Part shown: positions 25,885 through 35,466 of the stretch, piece by piece
Layout of the letters: every line of letters starts with the position of its first letter
How positions within the stretch are numbered: position 1 is the first letter of the stretch
From: a virus
Lineage: Duplodnaviria; Caudoviricetes
DNA: 64,000 nucleotides
Direction: 5' to 3' (one strand)
IMG/VR virus record: IMGVR_UViG_3300025608_000722
Span: 1 to 64,000 of that record
The notes under the pieces: generated by a model
Told to the model about the DNA's origin: nothing
Seen by the model: the letters and a program-made list of their open reading frames with translations, nothing else
Database searches by the model: none
Made by a program: the position numbers and the translations under genes

Positions 25885-27069
25885 TTATTGATCTTTGTCA
25901 ACCTTCCATTCAATCATATCTTTAATTAAATGGTAATGTTCCCAATCTTTAATCTTAGGAACTTTTAAATCTAAATTATCTGTGCATCTCCACTTAGGGC
26001 ATCTAATAGGTTCCAATGGAAGATCAATTGAGTCTTTATCATAAATGTTTCCTCTCTTCCCTCCAACGTGACAACTGCCAATATAAATGTCTCCCGGAGG
26101 AGTTACTTTTAAATGTTTTACACCTGCCCAACATAGCCAGCCTTCATAATTATTTTTCTTGTCAAAATTAAGTTCGTTGTAATGAAAATCAATATCTTTG
26201 TATTGCTTTTCTTCATCCTGGAACCAAAACTTTAATTTACGTTTATCTGGAGTAACAGTGCTTTCGTAAATTCTCTTAATTTTATCTTCTTCGCCTTCTT
26301 TATAAAATTTCTTTTCTCTAGTTTCAATTACCTTAATTTCTACTTCGTCATCTGTAGACAATAGTATTTTAGGTTCCATTGTATCATTATTTTTTTCAAA
26401 GTCTAGTTTTGTTCTAGGTAATAGTTCATTACTATTGCCGCCTGGTGGACGTATATATCTATGTTCAATATTAGTAATACCATGATTCCTAAATGCAGTT
26501 TCCATTTTTTCAATATTATTAAACTGCTCAGGATAAACCATAAATCTTAATATTAAATTTTTTCGAGTATAACCGTTTTTAAAGTCTTTATGATCAAGTC
26601 CTTTTTCTTCTTGTTCTTTATTCCATGCCACACGCCAATCATCTAGTTCAATAAACTTTTCAATAAATTCATCAACCTTATCTGCCATGTGTTCAAAATG
26701 AAAACTAACTGTAATACTGTCCAGATACTGGAATAGCTCTTTTAAATAGTTTGCAGTCCTACTTCCATTAGTAGTAATACTAATGAATCTTGCACCTTTT
26801 TCTTCTTTAATATACTTACACAAATCCATAAACTTTGGATTCACAGTAGGCTCGCCACCTGTCAAACTCCAAAATACATTAGTGCCATGTTCTTCATAAA
26901 CTACATCAACAAGACGCTTCATGTTTTCTAACGGAACGTGTGGACTATGATTGTCGTGCAAATAATCTACACAATAACTGCAATCATAATTACATCTTTT
27001 TCCAATATACCAATCAACACTAAATGCGCCAGTTGGATTAAACTTAAAATAACTTGCTACTGGTTCCAT
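25885..27069 (-). CDS. Radical SAM protein, type III
   Basis: 'WYIGKRCNYDCSYC', 'TGGEP', 'TTNGS', 'WLCWAG...SC...C...C'. Confidence 0.9.
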   Translation of the reverse strand: MEPVASYFKFNPTGAFSVDWYIGKRCNYDCSYCVDYLHDNHSPHVPLENMKRLVDVVYEEHGTNVFWSLTGGEPTVNPKFMDLCKYIKEEKGARFISITTNGSRTANYLKELFQYLDSITVSFHFEHMADKVDEFIEKFIELDDWRVAWNKEQEEKGLDHKDFKNGYTRKNLILRFMVYPEQFNNIEKMETAFRNHGITNIEHRYIRPPGGNSNELLPRTKLDFEKNNDTMEPKILLSTDDEVEIKVIETREKKFYKEGEEDKIKRIYESTVTPDKRKLKFWFQDEEKQYKDIDFHYNELNFDKKNNYEGWLCWAGVKHLKVTPPGDIYIGSCHVGGKRGNIYDKDSIDLPLEPIRCPKWRCTDNLDLKVPKIKDWEHYHLIKDMIEWKVDKDQ

Positions 27070-28010
27070 TATAGTTTATCCTTTATAAACTTATCTCTTT
27101 TGTTTTCTTTACATACTTGTTCGCATCTTGGAATTTTATTGTCTGATGTCCAACTATTTTTAATATCAGTCCAAACTTTTCCGTTAATTGCCTGTTCTAA
27201 GCTAACATTTTTTAAGTTAATATCTGTTAGATAGTCTTGTTGTTCTAGTATGTCTTCAAATCTATCCTTTGGAATAGAAGATACAGAATATTCTAACATC
27301 TTTGCATTTAAATGACAGCATGGAATTACATTTCCCATATGATTTACAAAAATACGTTTTTGATTACCGTACTTGCAACTGATACAATTAGACTCTTCTA
27401 CTTCAACTTTTTTATGTTTTACTCCACCAGTATCTTTTCTATGACTAATGATCGTTTTAAATTCTTTAAAGCCTTCATCTGTTGCCATTTGTTTTGCAAC
27501 TTCTAGTTGGTGTTCATTGTGTTCGAATACAATAAACTGCCAATTGGCTTTGCCGCCTGCTCCAATAAATGCTCTATAATTTTGCTGTACTTTTTTAAAA
27601 TTAGAGCCTTCTCTATAAACTTCACTTAGTTCGTCGCTACCATCAATGCCCCATGTTACCTTATGGCTCGGCGGCATAATCTTTGCTAGTTTTTCCCACC
27701 ATTGTGTAGTACGCAAACTGCCGTTAGTTGCAACATTAATATGACATCCCCATTCTGCAAAGTGTTCTACTATTTCATGAAATTGAGGATGACTGCAAGG
27801 TTCATCTACACTGCCACAAAAATTAATAATCTTAATATTAGGAAACATTTCCTTTTGAAATCTTTGCTTAATAACTTCAAGATCTAAATAAGTTTTATTT
27901 AAAATTTGATCTGCATGTTTAGATATCACTCTAAAACAACCTTTGCACTTAATATTACAAAAGCTAGTAAGTTCAATATCAATCCATTCTAGTGTATCAG
28001 TTGTCCACAT
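27069..28010 (-). CDS. Radical SAM protein, type II (C-terminal SPASM/twitch)
   Basis: 'ELTSFCNIKCKGC', 'CGSVDEP', 'WQFIVF.HNEHQ', 'PCC...CEQVC'. Confidence 0.9.
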   Translation of the reverse strand: MWTTDTLEWIDIELTSFCNIKCKGCFRVISKHADQILNKTYLDLEVIKQRFQKEMFPNIKIINFCGSVDEPCSHPQFHEIVEHFAEWGCHINVATNGSLRTTQWWEKLAKIMPPSHKVTWGIDGSDELSEVYREGSNFKKVQQNYRAFIGAGGKANWQFIVFEHNEHQLEVAKQMATDEGFKEFKTIISHRKDTGGVKHKKVEVEESNCISCKYGNQKRIFVNHMGNVIPCCHLNAKMLEYSVSSIPKDRFEDILEQQDYLTDINLKNVSLEQAINGKVWTDIKNSWTSDNKIPRCEQVCKENKRDKFIKDKL

Positions 28011-28028
28011 TATTCAAAGCACCACGGT

Positions 28029-29207
28029 TCAGACATCTAAAATTTCCACATTAAAATGATTCTTTAGTGTGTCTACATAACTGTCTTTAAATTTACTTTT
28101 AGGCGCACATAATCCACAACTACATGTTTGTTTAGGACAAACAATTGTTGGCATTTTATTCATTGATAACTTTTCTTTAAGATCTGCAATAATCTTTTTA
28201 CCTTCACTTATTTTACCTATTGGACCTCTTGTACCATCAAATCGTGCTTGACATGTTTGATGATGGAATACCTGATCTGTTTGTTGTTCTAAATGTAGGA
28301 AAAACCAATTTACACTACAATGCCAACCTTTAAACTCTCGCATGTTAACAAAGGTACTCTTGCGACTTTCGCCGCCTGCACTACTTAGACACATCTCTCG
28401 CATACCACAACAAGGTCTTCCGATACTACTTCCTAAAACTTTTGTTGCTTCATTTTTCTTTTCGCCTGCGGCACTTAGTACCTTTGATACTTCTTCTTCA
28501 TCATTTAGTTTAGCATTTTTATATTTCCAATAATTTTTAATGTAATCTAATTGATCTGGTGTGTACTCATGAGCAAAAGTTGCTTTACTGTCAGGTTCTT
28601 CTCCAATGACTCTCGGAACATATTTACAGCCAAGTGTATCTAACCACTTGCACAAATCTTTACATTCGTCGAACTGTTGAGCATGAAACATAACATTAAC
28701 ATTCATTCGAAAGTCTTTAGGATATTTTATTTCTGCATCACGAAATTGTTTAATTCTATCTTTAACTTGCTGTCGTAATTTATCATCTGATTCAGTATGA
28801 TAGCTAACTGTTACATGTTGTATATTATCGATAACTGCCTCAGCCATTTTTTCACTCATAGCTCCGTTAGTAGTTAACCCTATATTAGCATCCCATTTAT
28901 GAGAATACTTTTTATAATATTCATCATTTAAATATTTTACAAAAGGAATAAAATTAGGATTTACTGTAGGCTCGCCACCTGTAAAGCTAATACTTGCTAA
29001 TTTATTATTTCTATACTGCATATAAGTATCAATATATTCAAACAAAAAATCAGTATTAGATTTAAGATCATCTAATGATGCATGAGGACTAAAATTGTCA
29101 TGCCTATGAGCAGGGCAATAACTACAATCATAATTGCAACGACGACCTAAATCCCAAGTAATTTGGAAAATATTTCCTGATAATAAATCTATAGTGTCAA
29201 AACTCAT
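28029..29207 (-). CDS. Radical SAM protein, type III
   Basis: 'WDLGRRCNYDCSYC', 'TGGEP', Cys-rich C-terminus 'CPKQTCSCGLC'. Confidence 0.9.
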   Translation of the reverse strand: MSFDTIDLLSGNIFQITWDLGRRCNYDCSYCPAHRHDNFSPHASLDDLKSNTDFLFEYIDTYMQYRNNKLASISFTGGEPTVNPNFIPFVKYLNDEYYKKYSHKWDANIGLTTNGAMSEKMAEAVIDNIQHVTVSYHTESDDKLRQQVKDRIKQFRDAEIKYPKDFRMNVNVMFHAQQFDECKDLCKWLDTLGCKYVPRVIGEEPDSKATFAHEYTPDQLDYIKNYWKYKNAKLNDEEEVSKVLSAAGEKKNEATKVLGSSIGRPCCGMREMCLSSAGGESRKSTFVNMREFKGWHCSVNWFFLHLEQQTDQVFHHQTCQARFDGTRGPIGKISEGKKIIADLKEKLSMNKMPTIVCPKQTCSCGLCAPKSKFKDSYVDTLKNHFNVEILDV

Positions 29208-30609
29208 TAAAAATATCCTTCATTTCTGGAAAAGTTTCATCGAATGAAATTCTGCGCTGTTTATCGCACAATCCTAAAAATTCTTTCATTTCAGGTAACC
29301 GTTGACTCCAATCTTCACTTTCCATAAACTGTAACATACCGTCAAGACGCTTAATACCGTATTCTGCTTCTCGCCACTGCTCATATGTAACTTTACCCTT
29401 ATGCCAACTAGGAATACACAATTCCCAATTTTCTTCTAACCACGGATAAAATTCTTCGTATTTTTTACGGCATTGTTCTTTAAACCATTTAGGCAAAGAT
29501 CTAACATTAAGATGTGCCGGCCAATATACAAAATGAAAGTTTACTGTGCCCGCACCAAATGGATACATATTAATCTTTTTAAATCCTTCTTGTAATTTCC
29601 ATTTGATAAAATCAGGAAGATAATAAATGTTTAATGCTTGTACTGCACAAGCAATTGTAACTTCAACATTATCTGTAGTTTCTTTATCTAAAATATGAAA
29701 TACTTCTTTTGTTCTATCCCATTTACTAGGATAACGAATGTATTCATTCATTTGCTCAATGCTGTCTACGCTGTAATGGAATCTAACAAGTTTAAAATGA
29801 CTCCATAATTCAAATAAATCGTCACGCCATTCAACACCATTTGAATTATAACGTAGTTCTAATTCTGGTGCAAGTCCTTGTCGTATTGCTTCCTCAAGTA
29901 TTTCGTAGTGTTCTTCGATAATAAGACTTTCGCCGCCAGCAAAATAAATTTGCTTCATGTGTTTCATCTGTTCATAGAACTGTTCCCAAAATACAGGATT
30001 TTGTTTATGCCAGTTATAACTACTACCGTTGGTACTACCTTTGTTATCCCATTGCATAATCTCTTTAAGTGATTCATTTTTGACTTCTGGAAAAATTGCT
30101 TTGTAATCTTTGATCCAACCCGAACTATCATGCGGACTACACATAACACATGCTAACTGACACTTGGTTCCAAAGCGCAAATCAATGTATGCCAATTGCG
30201 GAGGAACACTACCATCCGGTTGTGTTTCTTGTAAAATTTGATCTAGGTCAACACGCTGACTCCAATATGCTGTTTCCCATTGACGTTTACTTCTATGTCC
30301 ATTTTCTTCTTCGCGGAAACATTTCATACAGCTAGGAGGCTTTTCGCCTGCAAGCATTTGTTTACGTACATTCTTCATATACGTACTATTCCATGCTGTA
30401 TTAAGGTCAGTAACATTTAAATTATTAGGACGACCTTCTTCATCTTTAAGTATACCTACTTGTCCACCATATTCTTTATCATTTGTTGGGCCAACACTAC
30501 TTGCATTTGCTGTACAACATACACGCATACTTCCGTCAGGTCTTGTGCTTAGATGCACCCATGGTAATAAACAAAATGTTTCTGATGGGTACTTAGTTTT
30601 TTCTGTCAT
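29197..30609 (-). CDS. Radical SAM protein, type I
   Basis: 'FCLLPW...VCC...CMKC'; 'CQLACVMC'; 'FAGGE'. Confidence 0.9.
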   Translation of the reverse strand: MTEKTKYPSETFCLLPWVHLSTRPDGSMRVCCTANASSVGPTNDKEYGGQVGILKDEEGRPNNLNVTDLNTAWNSTYMKNVRKQMLAGEKPPSCMKCFREEENGHRSKRQWETAYWSQRVDLDQILQETQPDGSVPPQLAYIDLRFGTKCQLACVMCSPHDSSGWIKDYKAIFPEVKNESLKEIMQWDNKGSTNGSSYNWHKQNPVFWEQFYEQMKHMKQIYFAGGESLIIEEHYEILEEAIRQGLAPELELRYNSNGVEWRDDLFELWSHFKLVRFHYSVDSIEQMNEYIRYPSKWDRTKEVFHILDKETTDNVEVTIACAVQALNIYYLPDFIKWKLQEGFKKINMYPFGAGTVNFHFVYWPAHLNVRSLPKWFKEQCRKKYEEFYPWLEENWELCIPSWHKGKVTYEQWREAEYGIKRLDGMLQFMESEDWSQRLPEMKEFLGLCDKQRRISFDETFPEMKDIFNEF

Positions 30610-31607
30610 TTTAATGCCTCAAATCGTTGTGTTGCAACTTTGTTTTCTTTACAGTTTTCTATACACTTAGGAAAAATACCGTCTTTAATTCCTGTATATA
30701 AATTAGTATACCATTCACTGTCGAAAATATCCTGTATACTATTTTGTCCATTAAGTCTATGATGTTCTGTTCCGTGATCTTTACTATAATGTTGCCATAA
30801 ACCTCTAAATCCACTTTTAGTTCCCCACCAACAACACGGAACAACATATCCATGATGTGTAACATAAAGTCCTTGATCTTCTATTTTAGAACTAATACAT
30901 CTTGGAATAACTGTAGGAACTTCTTGCTTTTTCTCGACTTTGGGATCGCTCTTGTGTTGAGAATTTTTACCTAGGTCTGCTCGCGGACTTCCAATAAACT
31001 TTACTCTGCTAAATCCTTCTTTGGCAGCAATATCTTCTATAAGATGTGCCTGATGTTCGTTATGAGAAAAATATATAAATTGCCATACAGCATCTCCGCC
31101 TGCGGCAATATAATTTCTAAAATTTCTTTGTACTTTCTGCCAATCAACATTTACTCTATAAATGTGATTAGTATCTTCTAATCCATCTAATCCCCAATTT
31201 ACTCTAACACGGCCATTTGATTCTTTTGAAATTTCTCCTAATGTTGTCCAGAACTCATCATTACGTGTTCCGCCGTTAGTAGCAATAGAAATCTTAGGTT
31301 TGCTAGTAAACAATTCATCATTAGATAAAATCCATTTAACAATTTCAATTAAATCAGGATTAGTAGTTGCTTCGTCATAGTTACCACACATATGAATTAG
31401 GCGCAGATCAGTCCACTTATCTTTAGATACCCAACTTTTAAATTGTTCTAAACTTACATACATACTATTCACATCAAAGTGGTAATCCATATCAATAAGT
31501 TTATCATTAATAAATGCACGAGCACATGCAGGGCAGGCTGCGTTGCAATAATTTGACATTTCAATTTGCAGTTTAGTTTGTCGTTCTACTGGTACTTGCC
31601 AACTCAT
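30606..31607 (-). CDS. Radical SAM protein, type II
   Basis: 'EMSNYCNAACPAC', 'CGNYDE', 'PCC...CIENC'. Confidence 0.9.
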   Translation of the reverse strand: MSWQVPVERQTKLQIEMSNYCNAACPACARAFINDKLIDMDYHFDVNSMYVSLEQFKSWVSKDKWTDLRLIHMCGNYDEATTNPDLIEIVKWILSNDELFTSKPKISIATNGGTRNDEFWTTLGEISKESNGRVRVNWGLDGLEDTNHIYRVNVDWQKVQRNFRNYIAAGGDAVWQFIYFSHNEHQAHLIEDIAAKEGFSRVKFIGSPRADLGKNSQHKSDPKVEKKQEVPTVIPRCISSKIEDQGLYVTHHGYVVPCCWWGTKSGFRGLWQHYSKDHGTEHHRLNGQNSIQDIFDSEWYTNLYTGIKDGIFPKCIENCKENKVATQRFEALK

Positions 31608-32671
31608 TCTTGCTCCACCATAACATTTTGATAGGCTTTATTAAAACCGCAACTAGCAACACATCGTTTCATGTGTTTATTATGTGACGGATTCCAGCTT
31701 TCTTCTAAAACCTTAGTATACCAAGGATGTTTCATAACTTCCTCAATACTGTGTGTTTTTAAACTATTCCATTCTGTAGGGTATTCAGATAATTTTTCTA
31801 AAAAGTTTTCTTTGTTCTTAAACGCACTGTCCCACAAAAAACAACAAGGCCACATCTCTTGTTTTGCATTAATAAAAATTTCGCCTTCATGAACATACTT
31901 ACAAACAATAGATTTTACAACTTCTTCATCTACTTGATTAGTTTGAATTTTATTCATCAACTCTAATACTTCGTCTTTGCGTGCATGTTCTTTGCTACCA
32001 GTAGTAGTAATAGTTTTTACTTCTTTAGTAACTTTGCCTCGACCTTCTTTTTTTGCAATTTGAGCTGTCCACTCATTTAAACTATTACGCATTCCTGTTC
32101 TAATTACAAATTTCAATCCTAACTTTTTAGCATGAGCCTTAGCTACTTCAATTTCGTGTTCGTTATGATCAAATACAATAAACACCCATTTAGATCTTGT
32201 GTCCTCACCTTTATAAGAATTTTCTGCAAACGCTTCAATGTTGCGCTGTACTACATCAAACTTTGTGTTTACACGATAAATGTGGTTAGTTTCTCTATGT
32301 CCGTCAATACAGAACATCATGATCAAGTCTCTTCCGTACTCCTTACTTAATTCACCTAATCTGTACCAACTCGATCTAGGTGCAACACCGCCATTAGTAC
32401 TAATAGTAACATAAGCACCACCTTCTAATAAGTATTCCACTATTTCAACAAACTGTGGATGAATTGCAGGATCACCTAATACTCCGCACAGTCTAATATC
32501 TTTATCTTTAAGATGTGCTTCATCTGGTAATATTCTTTTTAAGTCATCAAGTGAAAAACTTGTTACTTCTAAGATGTCTCGGTTAAGTGTTCTTGCACAA
32601 CCTGGACATGCGGCATTACAATCACTTGTAATTTCCAGTTCGATTTTGTGTACGTCAATTATGTTTATCAT
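31604..32671 (-). CDS. Radical SAM protein, type II
   Basis: 'EITSDCNAACPGC', 'CGVLGDP', 'PCC...CVASC'. Confidence 0.9.
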   Translation of the reverse strand: MINIIDVHKIELEITSDCNAACPGCARTLNRDILEVTSFSLDDLKRILPDEAHLKDKDIRLCGVLGDPAIHPQFVEIVEYLLEGGAYVTISTNGGVAPRSSWYRLGELSKEYGRDLIMMFCIDGHRETNHIYRVNTKFDVVQRNIEAFAENSYKGEDTRSKWVFIVFDHNEHEIEVAKAHAKKLGLKFVIRTGMRNSLNEWTAQIAKKEGRGKVTKEVKTITTTGSKEHARKDEVLELMNKIQTNQVDEEVVKSIVCKYVHEGEIFINAKQEMWPCCFLWDSAFKNKENFLEKLSEYPTEWNSLKTHSIEEVMKHPWYTKVLEESWNPSHNKHMKRCVASCGFNKAYQNVMVEQE

Positions 32672-32682
32672 TATATATGTAC

Positions 32683-33750
32683 TTATTTAAATTGTTCAGT
32701 GAAGGGATCAAACTCGGCGCCGCACTTTGTAGCACATACTTTTAGTTTGCCAGCGTCACAACTAGGTTTATTCCAACTATCTTGTATTTGGTCAAATACT
32801 CCTGTAGCAAAAACTTTATCAAGACCATTACGTGCGTCTAGTGCATTTTTATCAGGAATAAAATCCCATATCTGTTCTACTTTAGGATCTTTGTGCCACC
32901 ATTTATACATACGCCCAGCAGTCCAGCAACAAGGCAATGCTAATCCTTCTGCGGTAATAAACAAACTATTTTCTTTCTTAACTTTACAAATAATAGGAGT
33001 AGCATTATAATATGCATCCATACTGCCGTATTTCTTCAATATTACTTCTTGTTTACTCAATGCTTTATTAAGGTATTTCTCATCGGGTTTTTTTAATTCA
33101 GCAGTATCATTTCCTTTACGGTCTTTGGACTGATGTTTATCTTTAGGATCTACTTGTGCTGTTACAAATCTTCCAGTTTTCTTTTTCATAAATTTTTCAC
33201 AGCCCCACTCTTTTGCAAGTGCCTCTGCTTCATCAACTTGATGTTGATTATGTTCAAAGATTAAAAAGTCCCAACGTGCCCTGCCGCCGGCATCAATAAA
33301 TGCTCGCATATTACGTTCTACGTTGTCCCAATTTACCCCTTGTCTGTAAATATGATTCGTATCGCGAAGACCATCGACACTAAAAATAACAGCCCCCATT
33401 CTTCCAAAGACATAGGCCAATTCATTCCACCATTCAACATTTTTTGCTCCTGCATTTGTATTCATGCTTAACCACATTGTCGGGTTATGTTCACGAAAGT
33501 ATTTGAATATTTCTAATGTGTCACGAGCAACAATAGGATCACCTAAGTTACCACACATATACATAGTATTAAGCTGTGCAATAAACTCTGGGAGGAATAT
33601 TTTTTTACAATCTTCCAGTGTAAGTTCATCTAGATTAATATGAGGATTAATTCCTTCGCCATTCATATTACGGTCGCACATAGGACAACTGGCTTGACAG
33701 TTTTGTGTAACCTCTAAATGAATTGATCGTATATCGCTATAATTATACAT
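32683..33750 (-). CDS. Radical SAM protein, type II
   Basis: 'EVTQNCQASCPMC', 'CGNLGDP', 'PCC...CATKC'. Confidence 0.9.
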   Translation of the reverse strand: MYNYSDIRSIHLEVTQNCQASCPMCDRNMNGEGINPHINLDELTLEDCKKIFLPEFIAQLNTMYMCGNLGDPIVARDTLEIFKYFREHNPTMWLSMNTNAGAKNVEWWNELAYVFGRMGAVIFSVDGLRDTNHIYRQGVNWDNVERNMRAFIDAGGRARWDFLIFEHNQHQVDEAEALAKEWGCEKFMKKKTGRFVTAQVDPKDKHQSKDRKGNDTAELKKPDEKYLNKALSKQEVILKKYGSMDAYYNATPIICKVKKENSLFITAEGLALPCCWTAGRMYKWWHKDPKVEQIWDFIPDKNALDARNGLDKVFATGVFDQIQDSWNKPSCDAGKLKVCATKCGAEFDPFTEQFK

Positions 33751-33967
33751 CCATTACCAACTTTATATCTTTACCTGGTCCAACTTTACTAGGTAAGTCT
33801 CCGTATTGATCTACATACCATTTAATAACTGCACGATACCAATTTTGACTATCGTGATGTGCTTGTTTATTAAATTGCCAAATATTATTATTAGTAGCCT
33901 GCATTGTACTTAATGCCCTAGCACTTTCAGTTTGAAGTTGTCTAAGTGATAAATTACTTGTATCCAA
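33743..33967 (-). CDS. Small hypothetical protein (~74 aa)
   Basis: TTG start overlapping the upstream stop; fills the gap in the operon. Confidence 0.6.
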   Translation of the reverse strand: MDTSNLSLRQLQTESARALSTMQATNNNIWQFNKQAHHDSQNWYRAVIKWYVDQYGDLPSKVGPGKDIKLVMDV

Positions 33968-34787
33968 TTCGCATGTACCTTGTATATTTGTCAAGATTTA
34001 ATTCTCCTTCATATAACAATGTTGTCATTGGGGCCATTCCGGCAAAGTCGTGCATACTAGTAGTGCAGTTAACATGTTCTTCAACTTCATAGAAATCATT
34101 ACTTTGTAATATAACTAATTTTCCTGCCGGAATTAAATCATACCATTCACTAAAATTTTTAATGTGTTCGCAACTTGTATTAATGATGGTGTTAGGAATA
34201 TCACCTAAGTCGACTGTTGTTCCGTTAGCACGTAATACTGTGTATACTGCATTTTCGTAATTAATTTCTTTAATGTCTTTAGTGCAGGATTTGAACTTCC
34301 ATCCGTCAAGCACCCAATCTTTATTAAATGCTTCTGCTACTTCTCTGCAAGTGTCGTCGATATCAAAACTTCTAAATTTTTCAATTTTTAAATTATTTTC
34401 AAACATCATAGTAGCTAATGTTGCATACCAACCGGCACATAAAAATACAACACCTAAATCAAGATTTAAATTCTTTAGCTCTGCAACTAACCATTGTTTA
34501 CTTTTTATCTGGCCTCGGCTAATACAATCCGTGTCAAAGTTTTCGTTTTTTTGCAACTTACGAATACCTTCAATAAAAGGCGTGTCTTTAATTTGTTTAA
34601 CTGCACGAAATAAACTCCACACGTTATCTTGTAACAATGCCTTACGTAAATCATCTTTATTATCGTCTGTAACAATTCTAAAAATACTATTAAGATCTTT
34701 GTCAACATATGCTCTACGTAGATCTGCTAGTTTGCTACTAGTAGGATATAATAATTCTAGTCTATCTAAAATTTCATGAGTTTGCAT
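33954..34787 (-). CDS. SAM-dependent methyltransferase-like protein
   Basis: 'VFLCAGWY' Gly motif, 'SFDID', 'INTSCEH'. Confidence 0.65.
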   Translation of the reverse strand: MQTHEILDRLELLYPTSSKLADLRRAYVDKDLNSIFRIVTDDNKDDLRKALLQDNVWSLFRAVKQIKDTPFIEGIRKLQKNENFDTDCISRGQIKSKQWLVAELKNLNLDLGVVFLCAGWYATLATMMFENNLKIEKFRSFDIDDTCREVAEAFNKDWVLDGWKFKSCTKDIKEINYENAVYTVLRANGTTVDLGDIPNTIINTSCEHIKNFSEWYDLIPAGKLVILQSNDFYEVEEHVNCTTSMHDFAGMAPMTTLLYEGELNLDKYTRYMRIGYK

Positions 34788-35466
34788 CAAATTGCTCCTT
34801 TAACCATTCGAAGTTGTTAATATTTACTAGCTCATCAGGCCTGCAAGAAAGGCCAAAATCCATACCAGCATTAGCACCCGCCAGGGCATACTTACCAAAA
34901 GGTTTATCAACTCCCTTAGTAGTCCATATTTTAAGTCGTTCATCTGTTTCATCATTAATTTGTCTATCTATAATTTTACTTGATAATTTAGCACATTCTC
35001 TAAATGCACTTCTCCATGTACTAAATGCATCAGTATTAAATGCAGTAATATTAGATATCTCGTTAATTACTTTAAATTTAGTACTAATACTAGTTGTCAT
35101 GTCAGTTGTCGTTGTATCCATATTTTTTGTTAACTCTGTTGGAAACAACTTTACACCGCCGTAACCATAAATTAAATTGTTAATAGGATTCATGCTTCTA
35201 TAAACATGTACTGTATCAGGTTCAGTTGTATAATAATTAAAATCAAATTCATCAACTATTACTGCGTCACCGTCTACAGCAAAAAAATAATTAGTGGTTG
35301 CTAATTTAGCCGCTTCAATATGAGCATTGTGAATACCCTTTACATTAGTAACACGCTTTACTCTGTCGTCTCCAAAGATCCCAACTGTATTAAATCTTTT
35401 ATACAACTCGTTAAAATTTTGTTCTGCATTTGGTTCATGATAACTTATAAACACTATGTCGTACAT
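34774..35466 (-). CDS. GT-A fold glycosyltransferase-like protein
   Basis: 'DIVFISY.EP', 'GIHNAH..AA', DxD 'VDGDA'. Confidence 0.65.
   Translation of the reverse strand: MYDIVFISYHEPNAEQNFNELYKRFNTVGIFGDDRVKRVTNVKGIHNAHIEAAKLATTNYFFAVDGDAVIVDEFDFNYYTTEPDTVHVYRSMNPINNLIYGYGGVKLFPTELTKNMDTTTTDMTTSISTKFKVINEISNITAFNTDAFSTWRSAFRECAKLSSKIIDRQINDETDERLKIWTTKGVDKPFGKYALAGANAGMDFGLSCRPDELVNINNFEWLKEQFDANS

Noticed and set aside
34273-34779. 168-aa and other antisense ORFs (e.g. 11850-12245, 40983-41354, 42637-43089)
   Set aside because: In-register antisense shadows of real genes, with S/T/L-rich composition and no motifs or RBS
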